In this document: positions 1 to 9,419 of the stretch, piece after piece
How positions within the stretch are numbered: the stretch's first letter is position 1
Layout: every line of letters starts with the position of its first letter
NCBI GenBank assembly: GCA_965652295.1
Contig: CBFGTS010000001.1
Coordinates: 384,001-448,000 of the forward strand
Reading direction: 5' to 3'
DNA: 64,000 bases
From: an uncultured Haloferula sp.
GTDB taxonomy: Bacteria; Verrucomicrobiota; Verrucomicrobiia; Verrucomicrobiales; Akkermansiaceae
The notes under the pieces: generated by a model
The model's input: the letters and a program-made list of their open reading frames with translations, nothing else
Database searches by the model: none
What the model was told of the DNA's origin: nothing
Position numbers and translations under genes: made by a program

Positions 1-2
1 TC

Positions 3-452
3 GGTCCGCGGGTGCTGATTTCCAAGCCGGAGCACGCATGGGAGTTGCGTGGCGGAAGCCCGGAGATCAACGAAGGGCCGACGGTGTTGCAGCATGAGGG
101 CGAGACCTTCGTGATCTATTCCGCCAGCGGTTCGTGGTCCGACCACTACTGCCTGGGAATCCTCAAGCTGGTGGGTGACGATCCGATGGAGCCCGGGTCC
201 TGGGTGAAGGCGACGCACGTGTGGTTCGAGGGCACGCGGAAGGTGATCTCGCCGGGTCATGCGTCGTTCACCGTTTCGCCGGATGGCAGCGAGCACTGGA
301 TCGTGTATCACGTGGCGCGGCATCCCGGCGCGGGCTGGGACCGGCAGGTCCACATCCAGCCGTTTGAGTTCGACGCCGGCCGGGAATGGCCTGAAATCGG
401 CAACCCGGTCCGGGCGGGCCAGAAAATCGAGAGGCCTTCGGGCGATTTTTGA
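3..452 (+). CDS. Glycoside hydrolase family 43 protein, C-terminal part (runs off the left edge)
   Basis: Motifs INEGP, VIYSAS.SW..YCLG and SPGHASF..SPDG.E.WIVYH are typical of GH43 five-bladed propellers; the frame is open to the window start. Confidence 0.85.
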   Translation, partial: GPRVLISKPEHAWELRGGSPEINEGPTVLQHEGETFVIYSASGSWSDHYCLGILKLVGDDPMEPGSWVKATHVWFEGTRKVISPGHASFTVSPDGSEHWIVYHVARHPGAGWDRQVHIQPFEFDAGREWPEIGNPVRAGQKIERPSGDF

Positions 453-454
453 AA

Positions 455-598
455 ATGGACGAGACCGACAGCGGGGAAACCGAAGGAACCTGCGAGACGT
501 GCGGGGCGACGACGGAGCTGCGCTTCGGCGAGCGTTGGATTTGCGAAGCCTGCTACGTGGCGGCCGGTGCGTGCTGCGCGGGCGATGACGAGGACTGA
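455..598 (+). CDS. Small Cys-rich (zinc-ribbon-like) protein, 47 aa, absent from the ORF track
   Basis: Manual translation MDETDSGETEGTCETCGATTELRFGERWICEACYVAAGACCAGDDED*; CxxC-x13-CxxC-x6-CC; ATG 2 nt after the GH43 stop; GC3-rich codons. Confidence 0.65.
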   Translation: MDETDSGETEGTCETCGATTELRFGERWICEACYVAAGACCAGDDED

Positions 599-607
599 AG
601 CGACCGT

Positions 608-2779
608 TCAGGGCAGCTTGCCAATGCGCGCTTCCAGGTCGACGTTCGGCGGTGCGCCCAGTTCGAGGGCCTTGCCGTAGGCTGCTGCGGCGTCCTTCTT
701 GCGGCCGAGGCGGGCGAGCAGGACGGCGTAGTTGTAGTGGGCTTCCGTGAGGTTCGGGTCACAGGAAATGGCCATGCCGTAAGCGTCTTCCGCGCCGGCG
801 AGGTCGCCGCTTTTGAAGAGCAGGTCGCCGAGCTGGAAATGGGACAAGGCAAGCGTGGGCGAAAGCTCGATCGCCTTGCGGGTTTCCGCGACGGCTCCAT
901 TCCCATCGCCGAGTTTTCCCAGCAGATAGCCCAGCATGCGGTGGGCGTAGGGGTTTTTCGGATCGAGTTCGGTGGCGCGGCGGAAGACGTCGGCCGCGGC
1001 GACGACCTCCTCCAGCTTCAACTGCACGACCCCCAGCTTGCACATCGCGGAAACATCGCCGGGATGGCGGTCGATCATGATCTCGAACGCTTCGCGGGCG
1101 GCGTGGAAGCGACCGTTGCGGAAGGCGCGGGTGCCGGCCGATTCGTAGGGCTTCAGCTCGCGGCTGAGGTCGGCGAGGTCGCGCTCGACCTCCGAGCGGG
1201 GGCGGGCGTAGGGCGAGATGATGGTGCCGTCGACCTCCTGGCCTTCGATGACTTGAAGTTCCTCCGGGGAGAGATTGAGCTCGGCACCTTGGAAAATGTC
1301 GAGGGCGCGCTGGATGTCGGCGTCCTGACGGGCGGTTTCGCCGAGCGAACTCATCAGGATCTCGCGGGCTTCGACGCGCTTTTCCTGGATCTTCAACTGC
1401 CGCTCAAGGATGCCGCGGAGCATCCCGGCTTCGTCGGAATTCACCGCGTGCTCGTCCACCGAGGCCACCTCGCCGCGGAGGCGGGTTTGCAGCTCGGCGA
1501 GGCGTTGCTGCTGCTCCTTGTTTTCCTGCCGGTATTCCTGGATGCGCAGCTTGGAAATGGCGAGGTCGCGCAGGGCTTCAAGGAGGTCCTCCTTGGTGGC
1601 GTCGTTGTCCTCTTGAACGGCCTCGTAGCGTTTCTTGGTTTCGCGGAGTTCGCGGTCGAGCGCGAGGTTCTGGTCGATGACTTCCTGGAGTTGGCCGGCC
1701 TTGTTGAGCTTGAGCAGGGCGGCCATCTGGTCGCGTTCGCGAAGCAGTTCATTGCGCTCCTCCTGAACTTCGTTGAACGAGTCGCGGAGTTCGGTCAGCT
1801 CGGTCTGCAGGTGGTCGATCGTCTTGTTCGCGGCGGCGAGTTGCTCGTCCTTTTTCTTGATCGTTTCGTGGAGCGACTGGATCTGCTTGAGCTGCCCGGC
1901 GACGACCTGATTGGAAGCCTTACGCTCTGTTTCAAGATCGCGTTTCGTGTCGGCGAGTTCCTGTTCGATCTGCTTGATCTGGCCGAGCAGGCGGGCGCGT
2001 TCGTTCTGCAGCGCATCGACCTGGCCGCGGGCTTCCTCGGTTTCCTTGCGGGAGGCATCGAGCGCGCGACCCATGACGGCTTTTTCCGCCTCAAGCTTGT
2101 CGATGCGGCGGGCGAGACCGTCGATTTCCCCCTGCATCGGGGCTTCGGCGGCTTGTCGGCGAAGCCGGTCAAGTTCGGTGCGGGCCCGTTGCAGCTCGGC
2201 CACGGCACGGTCGCGCTCGCGTTCCGACTGCTGACCGCTGGCGATTTGCTGTTTCAGCGATCCCACCTCGTTCTGCAGATCGCGGATGCGGCGGGAGGCG
2301 AGGGTCTCCACCGGCCGGGCGGATTCGATGGGTGCGACGGGGAGCGTTTCGAGAAGTCCTTCGTCGTCGGCGATCCCGCCCTGGCGGGCACCGCCTTCCA
2401 GCTCGGCGATCGCGGCTTGGTCCTTTTCCTGCTCGCGGCGGGCATCGGGAAACACCTCGGCGATGGCGTCGGAGACCTTGCGACGGCGGCTCTCGACCAT
2501 GTCCTTTTTCCACTCCGGAAAGGTGCGGGAAATGGTGTCGAAGAGTTCGCCGGCGCGTCGGAGCTTGCCGAGCGCCTCGGTGGCCTTGCCTTCCTTGGCG
2601 AGCTTCTCCGCGTCGTTGCACAGCAGCCAGCCTTGGAAATAGACGTCGGAGGGATCGAAGGCCGCGGGAGCCTCCGCGACCGGCGCGGGTGCCTGGCCGG
2701 GAGCGGGCATCGTGCCTCCGGCCAACGCGGCGAGGGCGAGCGCGGTGGCGGCGAGCGGACGGTGGATTCCCCGGACCAT
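608..2779 (-). CDS. Secreted coiled-coil protein with C-terminal TPR repeats
   Basis: Signal-peptide-like N-terminus, long heptad E/Q/R/L-rich central region, C-terminal TPR motifs (ELDPKNPYAHRMLG, CDPNLTEAHYNYA). Confidence 0.85.
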   Translation of the reverse strand: MVRGIHRPLAATALALAALAGGTMPAPGQAPAPVAEAPAAFDPSDVYFQGWLLCNDAEKLAKEGKATEALGKLRRAGELFDTISRTFPEWKKDMVESRRRKVSDAIAEVFPDARREQEKDQAAIAELEGGARQGGIADDEGLLETLPVAPIESARPVETLASRRIRDLQNEVGSLKQQIASGQQSERERDRAVAELQRARTELDRLRRQAAEAPMQGEIDGLARRIDKLEAEKAVMGRALDASRKETEEARGQVDALQNERARLLGQIKQIEQELADTKRDLETERKASNQVVAGQLKQIQSLHETIKKKDEQLAAANKTIDHLQTELTELRDSFNEVQEERNELLRERDQMAALLKLNKAGQLQEVIDQNLALDRELRETKKRYEAVQEDNDATKEDLLEALRDLAISKLRIQEYRQENKEQQQRLAELQTRLRGEVASVDEHAVNSDEAGMLRGILERQLKIQEKRVEAREILMSSLGETARQDADIQRALDIFQGAELNLSPEELQVIEGQEVDGTIISPYARPRSEVERDLADLSRELKPYESAGTRAFRNGRFHAAREAFEIMIDRHPGDVSAMCKLGVVQLKLEEVVAAADVFRRATELDPKNPYAHRMLGYLLGKLGDGNGAVAETRKAIELSPTLALSHFQLGDLLFKSGDLAGAEDAYGMAISCDPNLTEAHYNYAVLLARLGRKKDAAAAYGKALELGAPPNVDLEARIGKLP

Positions 2780-2915
2780 AGCGGGCGGAGGCTAGGGAGC
2801 GCCGGGCGGAGCGGCAAGGGGAAACGCGGGTGGTTAGGAGCCGCAAAATGGCAGGACGCGAACCGCTGAACCGCGGCCTTTCAGGGCTTGTTCGCCTTGC
2901 AGCGTCCCTGACGGC

Positions 2916-3767
2916 TCAGCGTCGTCTTCGGGGGAAAGTCAGTGCGGCCAAGCCGGTGAGCAGTGCGACTCCGGGCTCCGGGACGAGAGTGAGGTTGTCA
3001 CGGAGGACGTCGTCATTGGTCGACCCGATGCGGGATGCGATGAGGATGTCCTGATAGCCACGGCCGTTTTCAGGGTTGCCGGAGTCGCTGACCAACACCC
3101 AGAGGTGGTAGTTCTGGGCCGTGTAGGTTTCGGTAACACCGGCGCTGGAAAGCTGGTCGAGCCAGTTCTGGGCGAGGGCGATGGCGTTGTTCCGGGTGGC
3201 ACTCGATTGGCTCCCGACATAGATGTCGCCGCTGGTGGAAGCGAGGCTCAGATCGGCATCATGCGTCACCTCCCACAGCGCGAGCTGGAAGGCCTGGGTG
3301 AGAGGATTGCTCCACGAGTAGCTCCAATCGGTGAGGGTCTCGGAAGGGGCGTAGTTGTCGAAAAGCCACTGCGCACGGGCGGCGCGGAGGTTTCCCAGTC
3401 CGCCTGCCGGTATCCCTGAGCTGGCGGTCCCTGCCTCGCCCGCGCGGCCCGCTGCGGCGTAGGGCATGGGTGCCACCTCGAAGGTGTAGGACGAGGCGCT
3501 GATGGGCTCCGCCAGCTCGGTGCAGAAGGCGACCAGTGGATCCATGGAGTGCGGCGTGCCATCGACCGCAGTGATCTGGGCCTGAAAGCCGATGGCGTAG
3601 ACGGAGTTCGTGCCGGCATCACCCTCATGAAAGCCCGAGTACGTGTTTCCGGGCTGACTGCTCTCATTCACCGAGACGGTGAACGATACCAGATTCTGAC
3701 CATGCGCTGCCGACAGGGTCAGCAGCAGGCACGGTAGGGATATCCGTACGCGTTGGGGAATGCTCAT
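2916..3767 (-). CDS. PEP-CTERM surface protein with a putative Cys-Gln thioester-like domain
   Basis: Signal peptide; C-terminus VPEPGVALLTGLAALTFPRRRR; internal FCTEL and TQAFQLALWE motifs. Confidence 0.85.
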   Translation of the reverse strand: MSIPQRVRISLPCLLLTLSAAHGQNLVSFTVSVNESSQPGNTYSGFHEGDAGTNSVYAIGFQAQITAVDGTPHSMDPLVAFCTELAEPISASSYTFEVAPMPYAAAGRAGEAGTASSGIPAGGLGNLRAARAQWLFDNYAPSETLTDWSYSWSNPLTQAFQLALWEVTHDADLSLASTSGDIYVGSQSSATRNNAIALAQNWLDQLSSAGVTETYTAQNYHLWVLVSDSGNPENGRGYQDILIASRIGSTNDDVLRDNLTLVPEPGVALLTGLAALTFPRRRR

Positions 3768-3945
3768 GCGGGGGTGTGCTTCCGGGGGAGGGAAGTCTTT
3801 GGGGGTGGATGATGTCGGACGAACCGGTGCTGGGGGGCACCCCCAAGGGGACTGCCATGGAAATTACGAAAGATCCATAAAAATTTAAGGACCCTTAATT
3901 AAAATTCCAAGAGGCCTCGAAGGTCAGCCCGCCCCGGGGGGACGA

Positions 3946-6609
3946 TCATTCTACCCGCAGCCGCACGAATCGCTGTCCCGTCCCTGCCGGGACGTGCGCA
4001 CGAAACGTGTGCGCTTCGGTGTCCTCGGCGGTGACCTCAAGGGTCACGCCCGCGTCGCTCCAGCTCAGGAGATCATCCGACCACTCGACGGTTGCCGTCG
4101 CTTCGCTCGAAGCCTTGAGATGGTTGAAAACGAGCATCCATTCCTCATCGACGAGCGTGATCGCGAGGCCATCGCCAGCTGTCGTCGGATCGCTGCCGAG
4201 ATAGTATTCGATGAGATTGGCGAGGCCATCGCCATCGGGATCGTCGTCGCGCTGGGTGAAGCCGGTGGCGAAGGTGGCGATCCAGTTTTCGTAGCTCACT
4301 GGAGCCTGGTTCCGAATGGAGATCGTTACGGCGTCCGAGATGCGGGAGGCCCCTTCGTCGTCGGTGGCACGGATTGTCAGAATGTGCTCGCCCTCCGCGG
4401 GGGAAAAGGCGAGGGCGAAGGGAGGGCTGGGATCGATGACGACCGGCACGCCGTCATCGAGCAGCTCGATGCTGGTGATGGTGCCGGTTTCCCCGTCCGC
4501 TGTGAGGTCGGTGGCGGTGAACGCGATATCGACCTCTGTGCCGGGGCTGAAGACCGCGCCGTCCGAGGGAGAGTCGATCGACACGACGGGCGGTGGGTTG
4601 AAATCAACCTCCGTCACGCCATGGAGAGTGAGCGTGGCGCCGGTCAATGAGCCGGCGTCCAGCTCCACCTCGTCGGTGACTTTCAAGGTCCAGATTCCAT
4701 CGGCGATCTCGCCCCAGTGCCGGACGCTGGAAAAGGTCCAGGCGCTGTAGTGATTGGCGGTGTCGTCATGGGCTTCGGCGAGCCGACTCTCCGTGCCCGA
4801 GGGCGAGATGAGCGTCACGGTAAGGTCGCCGCGCGAGGTGTGGTTGGCGGTGAAGGTGAGCGTGACGTGCTCGCAGCGCAGCTCGCTGCCGGAGAAGTCG
4901 AAGGTCCGGGTGATGCCGGCGGGGTTGTCGTCCGGGATGGCGATGGAAACGCCGCCCAGATCGCGGGTTTCGGTGCTGGCCGCGGGGAGCTTGATCCAGG
5001 TTTCTGCCAGGCTGACTGCGGCGGTGGCATCCACGAGTCCGGCGCCGAACTTGTGGTTGAAATGAAAGCCCGCGGCGTTGTCGACCCAGTCGCCGTCGGC
5101 CGGCTGGATTTTGGCGGCGCTGCGGATGAGGATCTCCTGCACGTCGCGCCAGCCGAGACCCGGGTTTTTCTCCAACATCAGGGCAACCACGCCGGAAACG
5201 ACCGGGGTGGCGGATGAAGTGCCGCCGAAGTCGCTGGCGTAATCGCCGAACTCATATCCACTCGACCCGGTGCGGTCGGTGGTGGTGATGCCGAGGGCGG
5301 AGCCTGATCCATCCGAGGGCGCGGCGATGAGGATGTTGGCGCCGGGCTCGGCGTAATAGGCCTGGCGGCCGAGACTGTCGATCGCGGTGACGGCGATGGT
5401 GTGGATGTCGTTCGCATAACCATCGTAGTTCGAGTTGTCGTCGCTGCCGAGGCCGTTGCCTGCCGCCCAGGTGAAGATGGTGCCGAGGCCACCGCGCCCG
5501 TTGGCGGCTGCCGAGGCAAAAGCCGCGCGGGTCAGCGAGCCGGGGGCTTCCAAAGTATAGCCGTTGTCCTCCGGGCCCCAGGAGTTCGATTTGATATCGA
5601 TCAGATCCGGCAGGTAAGCCATGGCATCGGCTTCCATGGTGTCGGTGGTAACCGCGCCGATGAGCCGCATGCCGACCAGTGTCGCCTCCGGGGCCACGCC
5701 GGACACGCCGATGCCGTTGTTTCCGCGGGCGGCGGCGACCCCGGCGCAGGCCGTGCCGTGGTCGTCGTCGAAGTTCGCCGGGTTCGGGTTGTCATCTTCG
5801 CCGTTCCAGTCCCAGCCGTTGATGGTGTCGATGTTTCCGACCAAGTCCGGATGAGCCGTCTGCACACCATCGTCCACCACCCCGATGACCACGCCGTTGC
5901 CACGGATGCCAACTGTACCGCCGTAGTTCCATGTCGACTCGATGTTGATGTCGGTGCCTGCGGAGGAGCCGGATTGCTTGAGATGCCACTGGTCGGAGAT
6001 CAGCGGGTCGTTCGGCAGGGTGCGGTGGTGCTGTTGTTTCGCGAGTTGCACTTCGGCCGAGGCCACGCCCTGCGAATCCCTCAACCCCTCCACGGCCGCG
6101 AGTGCTGCAAAAGGATCGGCGGCAGTGAGGACGACGTGGTCCGGCGCGTAGGCCGGGCGCTCTTTTACCTTCAGCCCTGGGGGCAAGGGGAGATCCTGAT
6201 GGTACGGTGAGAGGCGGACGGTGATGTCCCGGGTGATCACATAAGTCCTGCCGGGATGTTCTTCCGGATGGCAGACGGGATGGACTTCGCCCCCGGCCTG
6301 CATTTCCGCCAATCGGCGGGGAAGGTCGGACGGAGTGGTTGCCGGAGGGTCGAGCGTGACCAAGCGGTCCGTGCCGCCGGGCAGCCGGACGACCGCCCGG
6401 TCCAGAGCGAGCTGGAAGACGGTGGGTGCGCCATCACTGCCGGTGGCGGTGAACTCCTTCTCAGGGATTGCCCGGGGTCGCTCAGGATTCGGGTGGTCCG
6501 TGATGCCTCGATGTTCCCCCTCCGCCGTCTCCTCGCGGTCCGGCTGCGTGCAGCTCACGAAGCCGATGGCGGTCAGGCAAACGGTGAACGTGAGAAATCG
6601 GGCTTTCAC
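3946..6609 (-). CDS. S8 kexin/furin-like serine protease with P-domain, Ig-like domain and DGDG-type C-terminal domain; probable lipoprotein
   Basis: Catalytic VVDDG, HGTACAG, AAGN, GTSSATP; LGWRDVQEIL and FGAGLVDA kexin motifs; P-domain (RGDLTVTLISPSGT, HWGE..DGIWTL); lipobox-like IGFVSC. Confidence 0.92.
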   Translation of the reverse strand: MKARFLTFTVCLTAIGFVSCTQPDREETAEGEHRGITDHPNPERPRAIPEKEFTATGSDGAPTVFQLALDRAVVRLPGGTDRLVTLDPPATTPSDLPRRLAEMQAGGEVHPVCHPEEHPGRTYVITRDITVRLSPYHQDLPLPPGLKVKERPAYAPDHVVLTAADPFAALAAVEGLRDSQGVASAEVQLAKQQHHRTLPNDPLISDQWHLKQSGSSAGTDINIESTWNYGGTVGIRGNGVVIGVVDDGVQTAHPDLVGNIDTINGWDWNGEDDNPNPANFDDDHGTACAGVAAARGNNGIGVSGVAPEATLVGMRLIGAVTTDTMEADAMAYLPDLIDIKSNSWGPEDNGYTLEAPGSLTRAAFASAAANGRGGLGTIFTWAAGNGLGSDDNSNYDGYANDIHTIAVTAIDSLGRQAYYAEPGANILIAAPSDGSGSALGITTTDRTGSSGYEFGDYASDFGGTSSATPVVSGVVALMLEKNPGLGWRDVQEILIRSAAKIQPADGDWVDNAAGFHFNHKFGAGLVDATAAVSLAETWIKLPAASTETRDLGGVSIAIPDDNPAGITRTFDFSGSELRCEHVTLTFTANHTSRGDLTVTLISPSGTESRLAEAHDDTANHYSAWTFSSVRHWGEIADGIWTLKVTDEVELDAGSLTGATLTLHGVTEVDFNPPPVVSIDSPSDGAVFSPGTEVDIAFTATDLTADGETGTITSIELLDDGVPVVIDPSPPFALAFSPAEGEHILTIRATDDEGASRISDAVTISIRNQAPVSYENWIATFATGFTQRDDDPDGDGLANLIEYYLGSDPTTAGDGLAITLVDEEWMLVFNHLKASSEATATVEWSDDLLSWSDAGVTLEVTAEDTEAHTFRAHVPAGTGQRFVRLRVE

Positions 6610-6780
6610 TATAGGAACGGCCTCCGCCGGGAGAAGATCGTAGAGGACCAGCGGGTGACCTGCAAAGCACTCAAGTCCACCGCCTGGCCCGAGCCGGATT
6701 TCGCCGTGATCGGAATCTTTGACCCGCAGTCAACGCGCTGTTGTCGTCAGGCGGTTGCAGTGCTTCGATGAGCCGTAAAA

Positions 6781-7311
6781 ATGAATCTTGTTCGAAGCCT
6801 CGTCCCATTTGGGCTCTTTTTCGTCTCCCTCATCTCCCTTTCACCTCCGCTTTCCGGGCAAGCTGGGGAGACCCCAAAGCTTCCGGATCACTCCTTGCCT
6901 GTGTTGCAGAATTGGCTGCATCAGAATAGCGAAGTCGTGGAAGTTTGTGTGTTCCGCGAAGAGTGGAAGGCTCCGACAGAGCGGTTGCCGAAGGGCATCT
7001 TGACGCGTTTTGGGACGATTACCCGTGTTCACAAAGGAGAAGTGAAAGTGGGTGAACGTGTGGCCTTTGCAAGCCTCGTCGAGTTTCCGCCTTCGGATTG
7101 GAAACGCGAAGCGAGGCTCAGACCGAGCCGCATGTCGCTGGTGGATGGAGAGATGATGATCGTGATATTCTCCCGGGCGGAGTGCGAGAATCAGGATGGC
7201 TATTGGAATGTGGGATCCGATATTTCGAGATTCTCATTTGACGATCCCTTCTATCAGGCTTTTCAGCTGGAAAAGAAGAGGGACCCGAAGCTTCGCGGGA
7301 TTCCAAATTGA
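6781..7311 (+). CDS. Hypothetical secreted protein
   Basis: ATG-start ORF with signal-peptide-like N-terminus; fills the gap between genes. Confidence 0.6.
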   Translation: MNLVRSLVPFGLFFVSLISLSPPLSGQAGETPKLPDHSLPVLQNWLHQNSEVVEVCVFREEWKAPTERLPKGILTRFGTITRVHKGEVKVGERVAFASLVEFPPSDWKREARLRPSRMSLVDGEMMIVIFSRAECENQDGYWNVGSDISRFSFDDPFYQAFQLEKKRDPKLRGIPN

Positions 7312-7367
7312 ACGATCGAGCTTCGAGCGGAGCCGGAGGACGGGGATGTCTCACCTCCTATCCCCGG

Positions 7368-7826
7368 CTATTCCCGCTTTTTTGAATACTCCTTTGCAGC
7401 TTTCTTCATCTTCCGAAGAGAGTCGCGATTGTCGGCGGAATATTCCTTTTGGTGGGTGAATTCCAAGACTTCGCCGGTCTCCGGGTTCACCAAGGCAAGG
7501 AATGGGTAGGTCCCCACGGAGGCGAATTTCTTCGCGACCGCGTCGGGTAAGCCGGCGTAACCTTCTTTCGGTTTCACGTGGACCCAGACGGCTTTGTTCC
7601 GAAGGGATTTGACCATGGCATTCGAGGTGGACTCGCAGATCGGGCAGGTGGTGTTGATTTCGGTCAGAAAGACCGCGACCGGTAAGCCTTCGGCGACGGC
7701 TTGTTCCTGGGCTTTCGCATAGGATGCCTTCGGCAGGTAGTCACGAGGCATGTCCACTTCGCCAGCGATGGCGAGCATGGGGCCGGCAAGCATCCCGACG
7801 AGGCAGGCAGTGAGGTTTCGGATCAT
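7368..7826 (-). CDS. Thioredoxin-fold secreted protein
   Basis: Start re-assigned to MIRNLTAC; signal peptide; YAKAQEQA..EGLPVAVF, CPIC motif, cis-Pro-like YPFLALVNP. Confidence 0.7.
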   Translation of the reverse strand: MIRNLTACLVGMLAGPMLAIAGEVDMPRDYLPKASYAKAQEQAVAEGLPVAVFLTEINTTCPICESTSNAMVKSLRNKAVWVHVKPKEGYAGLPDAVAKKFASVGTYPFLALVNPETGEVLEFTHQKEYSADNRDSLRKMKKAAKEYSKKRE

Positions 7827-7881
7827 GTCTGGAATGAAAGAGGGGCGAAATGCGAAGATCAAGGATGCAGAGCCGACGCTC

Positions 7882-8157
7882 TCACGGCCCCTCACGCCGC
7901 TGCATCGCGTCGAGTTCGGCAGGTCGTTGTCGCGGTGAGGCTCCGGGGTGGTCGATGTCGTCAAGGTTCTGCTCCGGGTCCGGCGAGGAAAGCGCGCGGT
8001 CTTCTTCCTCGCTCTCCACGGTTTCACGCAGGTCGTTTTCGGCCGCGTTGAGGCCGCCATCGACCAGGTCTTGCACGAGGCGGTCTTCACCGGGCTCGGG
8101 GAGCTTAGCGCTGGTGTCTTCGGACGGAACGGAAGGTTGGGGATCGAGTGGTGTCAT
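7882..8157 (-). CDS. Small acidic hypothetical protein
   Basis: MTPLDPQP... 91-aa D/E-rich ORF directly downstream of the SDR on the same strand. Confidence 0.5.
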   Translation of the reverse strand: MTPLDPQPSVPSEDTSAKLPEPGEDRLVQDLVDGGLNAAENDLRETVESEEEDRALSSPDPEQNLDDIDHPGASPRQRPAELDAMQRREGP

Positions 8158-8222
8158 GGATTGGTTCGTTCGGGTTGTCTCCTCACCTCTTCGCACATGC
8201 CGTTCCAACGAGTGCGCGCAGC

Positions 8223-9107
8223 TCAGCCGTTGATGATCTCCCCGCCGTTGGGGTGGATCACCTGACCGGTGACGTAGTTGGCCGACGAACTCGCGAGAAA
8301 CACGTAGCACTCCGCGCATTCCCAGGGTTGTCCCGCGCGGCCGAGCGGGGTGGACGTGCCGAAGGTCTCCACCTTCTCCGGCGGGAAAGTGGAGGGAATC
8401 AAGGGTGTCCACACCGGCCCCGGCGCCACCGCGTTGACCCGGATGCCCTTGCTCGCGAGCTGGGCGGAAAGCGAGCGGGTGAAGCTCACGATCGCCCCCT
8501 TGGTCGCGGAGTAGTCGACGAGCCCCGCGCTGCCGCGGTAGGCCGTCACGGAAGTGGTGCTGATAACGCTGCCCGTAAGGGATTTCTCCAGGTGGGGCAG
8601 AGCGGCGCCGGTGAGATAGAACAGGGGAAAGACATTGGTGCGGAAGGTGTTCTCCAACTGCTCCTCGGAGATATCCAGGATCGACTCCTGCGGATGCTGT
8701 TCCGCGGCGTTGTTCACCACGATGTCGAGTCCGCCGAACTCTTCCACGGCCTTGTTGACGGCTTCGACGCAGGCCTCCTTGGAGCGCACGTCGCAGCGGT
8801 GGATCAGGCACTTGCACCCCTTCTGCTCGACCAGGCGGGCGGTATCGCGGGCGTCTTCGGCTTCATCCAGATAGACGATCATCACGTCGGCACCCTCGCG
8901 GGCGAAGGCGAGGGCGACGGCCCTGCCGATCCCGGAGTCGCCGCCCGTGATGAGGGCTTTCAAACCGGCGAGCCGGCCGGCCCCCCGGATGGTTTCGTTC
9001 TCGGAAACCGGCTTCGGATGCATCGGTTTCCGGCGGCCCGGCTGGCGGGACTGGGACTGGCGCGGGAGTTCGGCGGTGGCGCTGGTGGAGCGGGATTGAT
9101 TCGGCAT
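8223..9107 (-). CDS. SDR oxidoreductase (YhdF/YghA general-stress type)
   Basis: ALITGGDSGIGRAVA, VNNAAEQHPQ, YSATK, VAPGPVWTPLIP, HPNGG. Confidence 0.92.
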   Translation of the reverse strand: MPNQSRSTSATAELPRQSQSRQPGRRKPMHPKPVSENETIRGAGRLAGLKALITGGDSGIGRAVALAFAREGADVMIVYLDEAEDARDTARLVEQKGCKCLIHRCDVRSKEACVEAVNKAVEEFGGLDIVVNNAAEQHPQESILDISEEQLENTFRTNVFPLFYLTGAALPHLEKSLTGSVISTTSVTAYRGSAGLVDYSATKGAIVSFTRSLSAQLASKGIRVNAVAPGPVWTPLIPSTFPPEKVETFGTSTPLGRAGQPWECAECYVFLASSSANYVTGQVIHPNGGEIING

Positions 9108-9419
9108 GGCGCGCGGCTTCCGCAGACACCGCGCCAGAGCGGGAGTGATTGAAATTCAAAGTGGTTTCCCATCGAGGGCTTGGGCGGCAGATGCGATCTG
9201 CACCAAACCGGCGCAGAATGCGCGGCGAGGACGGAGGTAGGGGCCTCACAAGGCAAAGGCTGCGTCCGATCCAGATGAAGGCAAAACGCACGAACTGCCT
9301 GGGGAGCATTGCATAATCACCGGGTCGGACAGAAGTGGCAGGCCGGAGGAGGTTGATCCCCAAGGGGAAGGACGATGGTGCATCCCCTGCTGCATTTCCT
9401 GAGAGTCCTCTACCGATTC

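Noticed and set aside
737..2869. Long antisense ORFs (also 21258-22586, 23595-26189, 52113-54716, 59880-62024, 62415-63914 and others)
   Set aside because: Shadow frames of real high-GC genes on the opposite strand; no motifs and atypical composition
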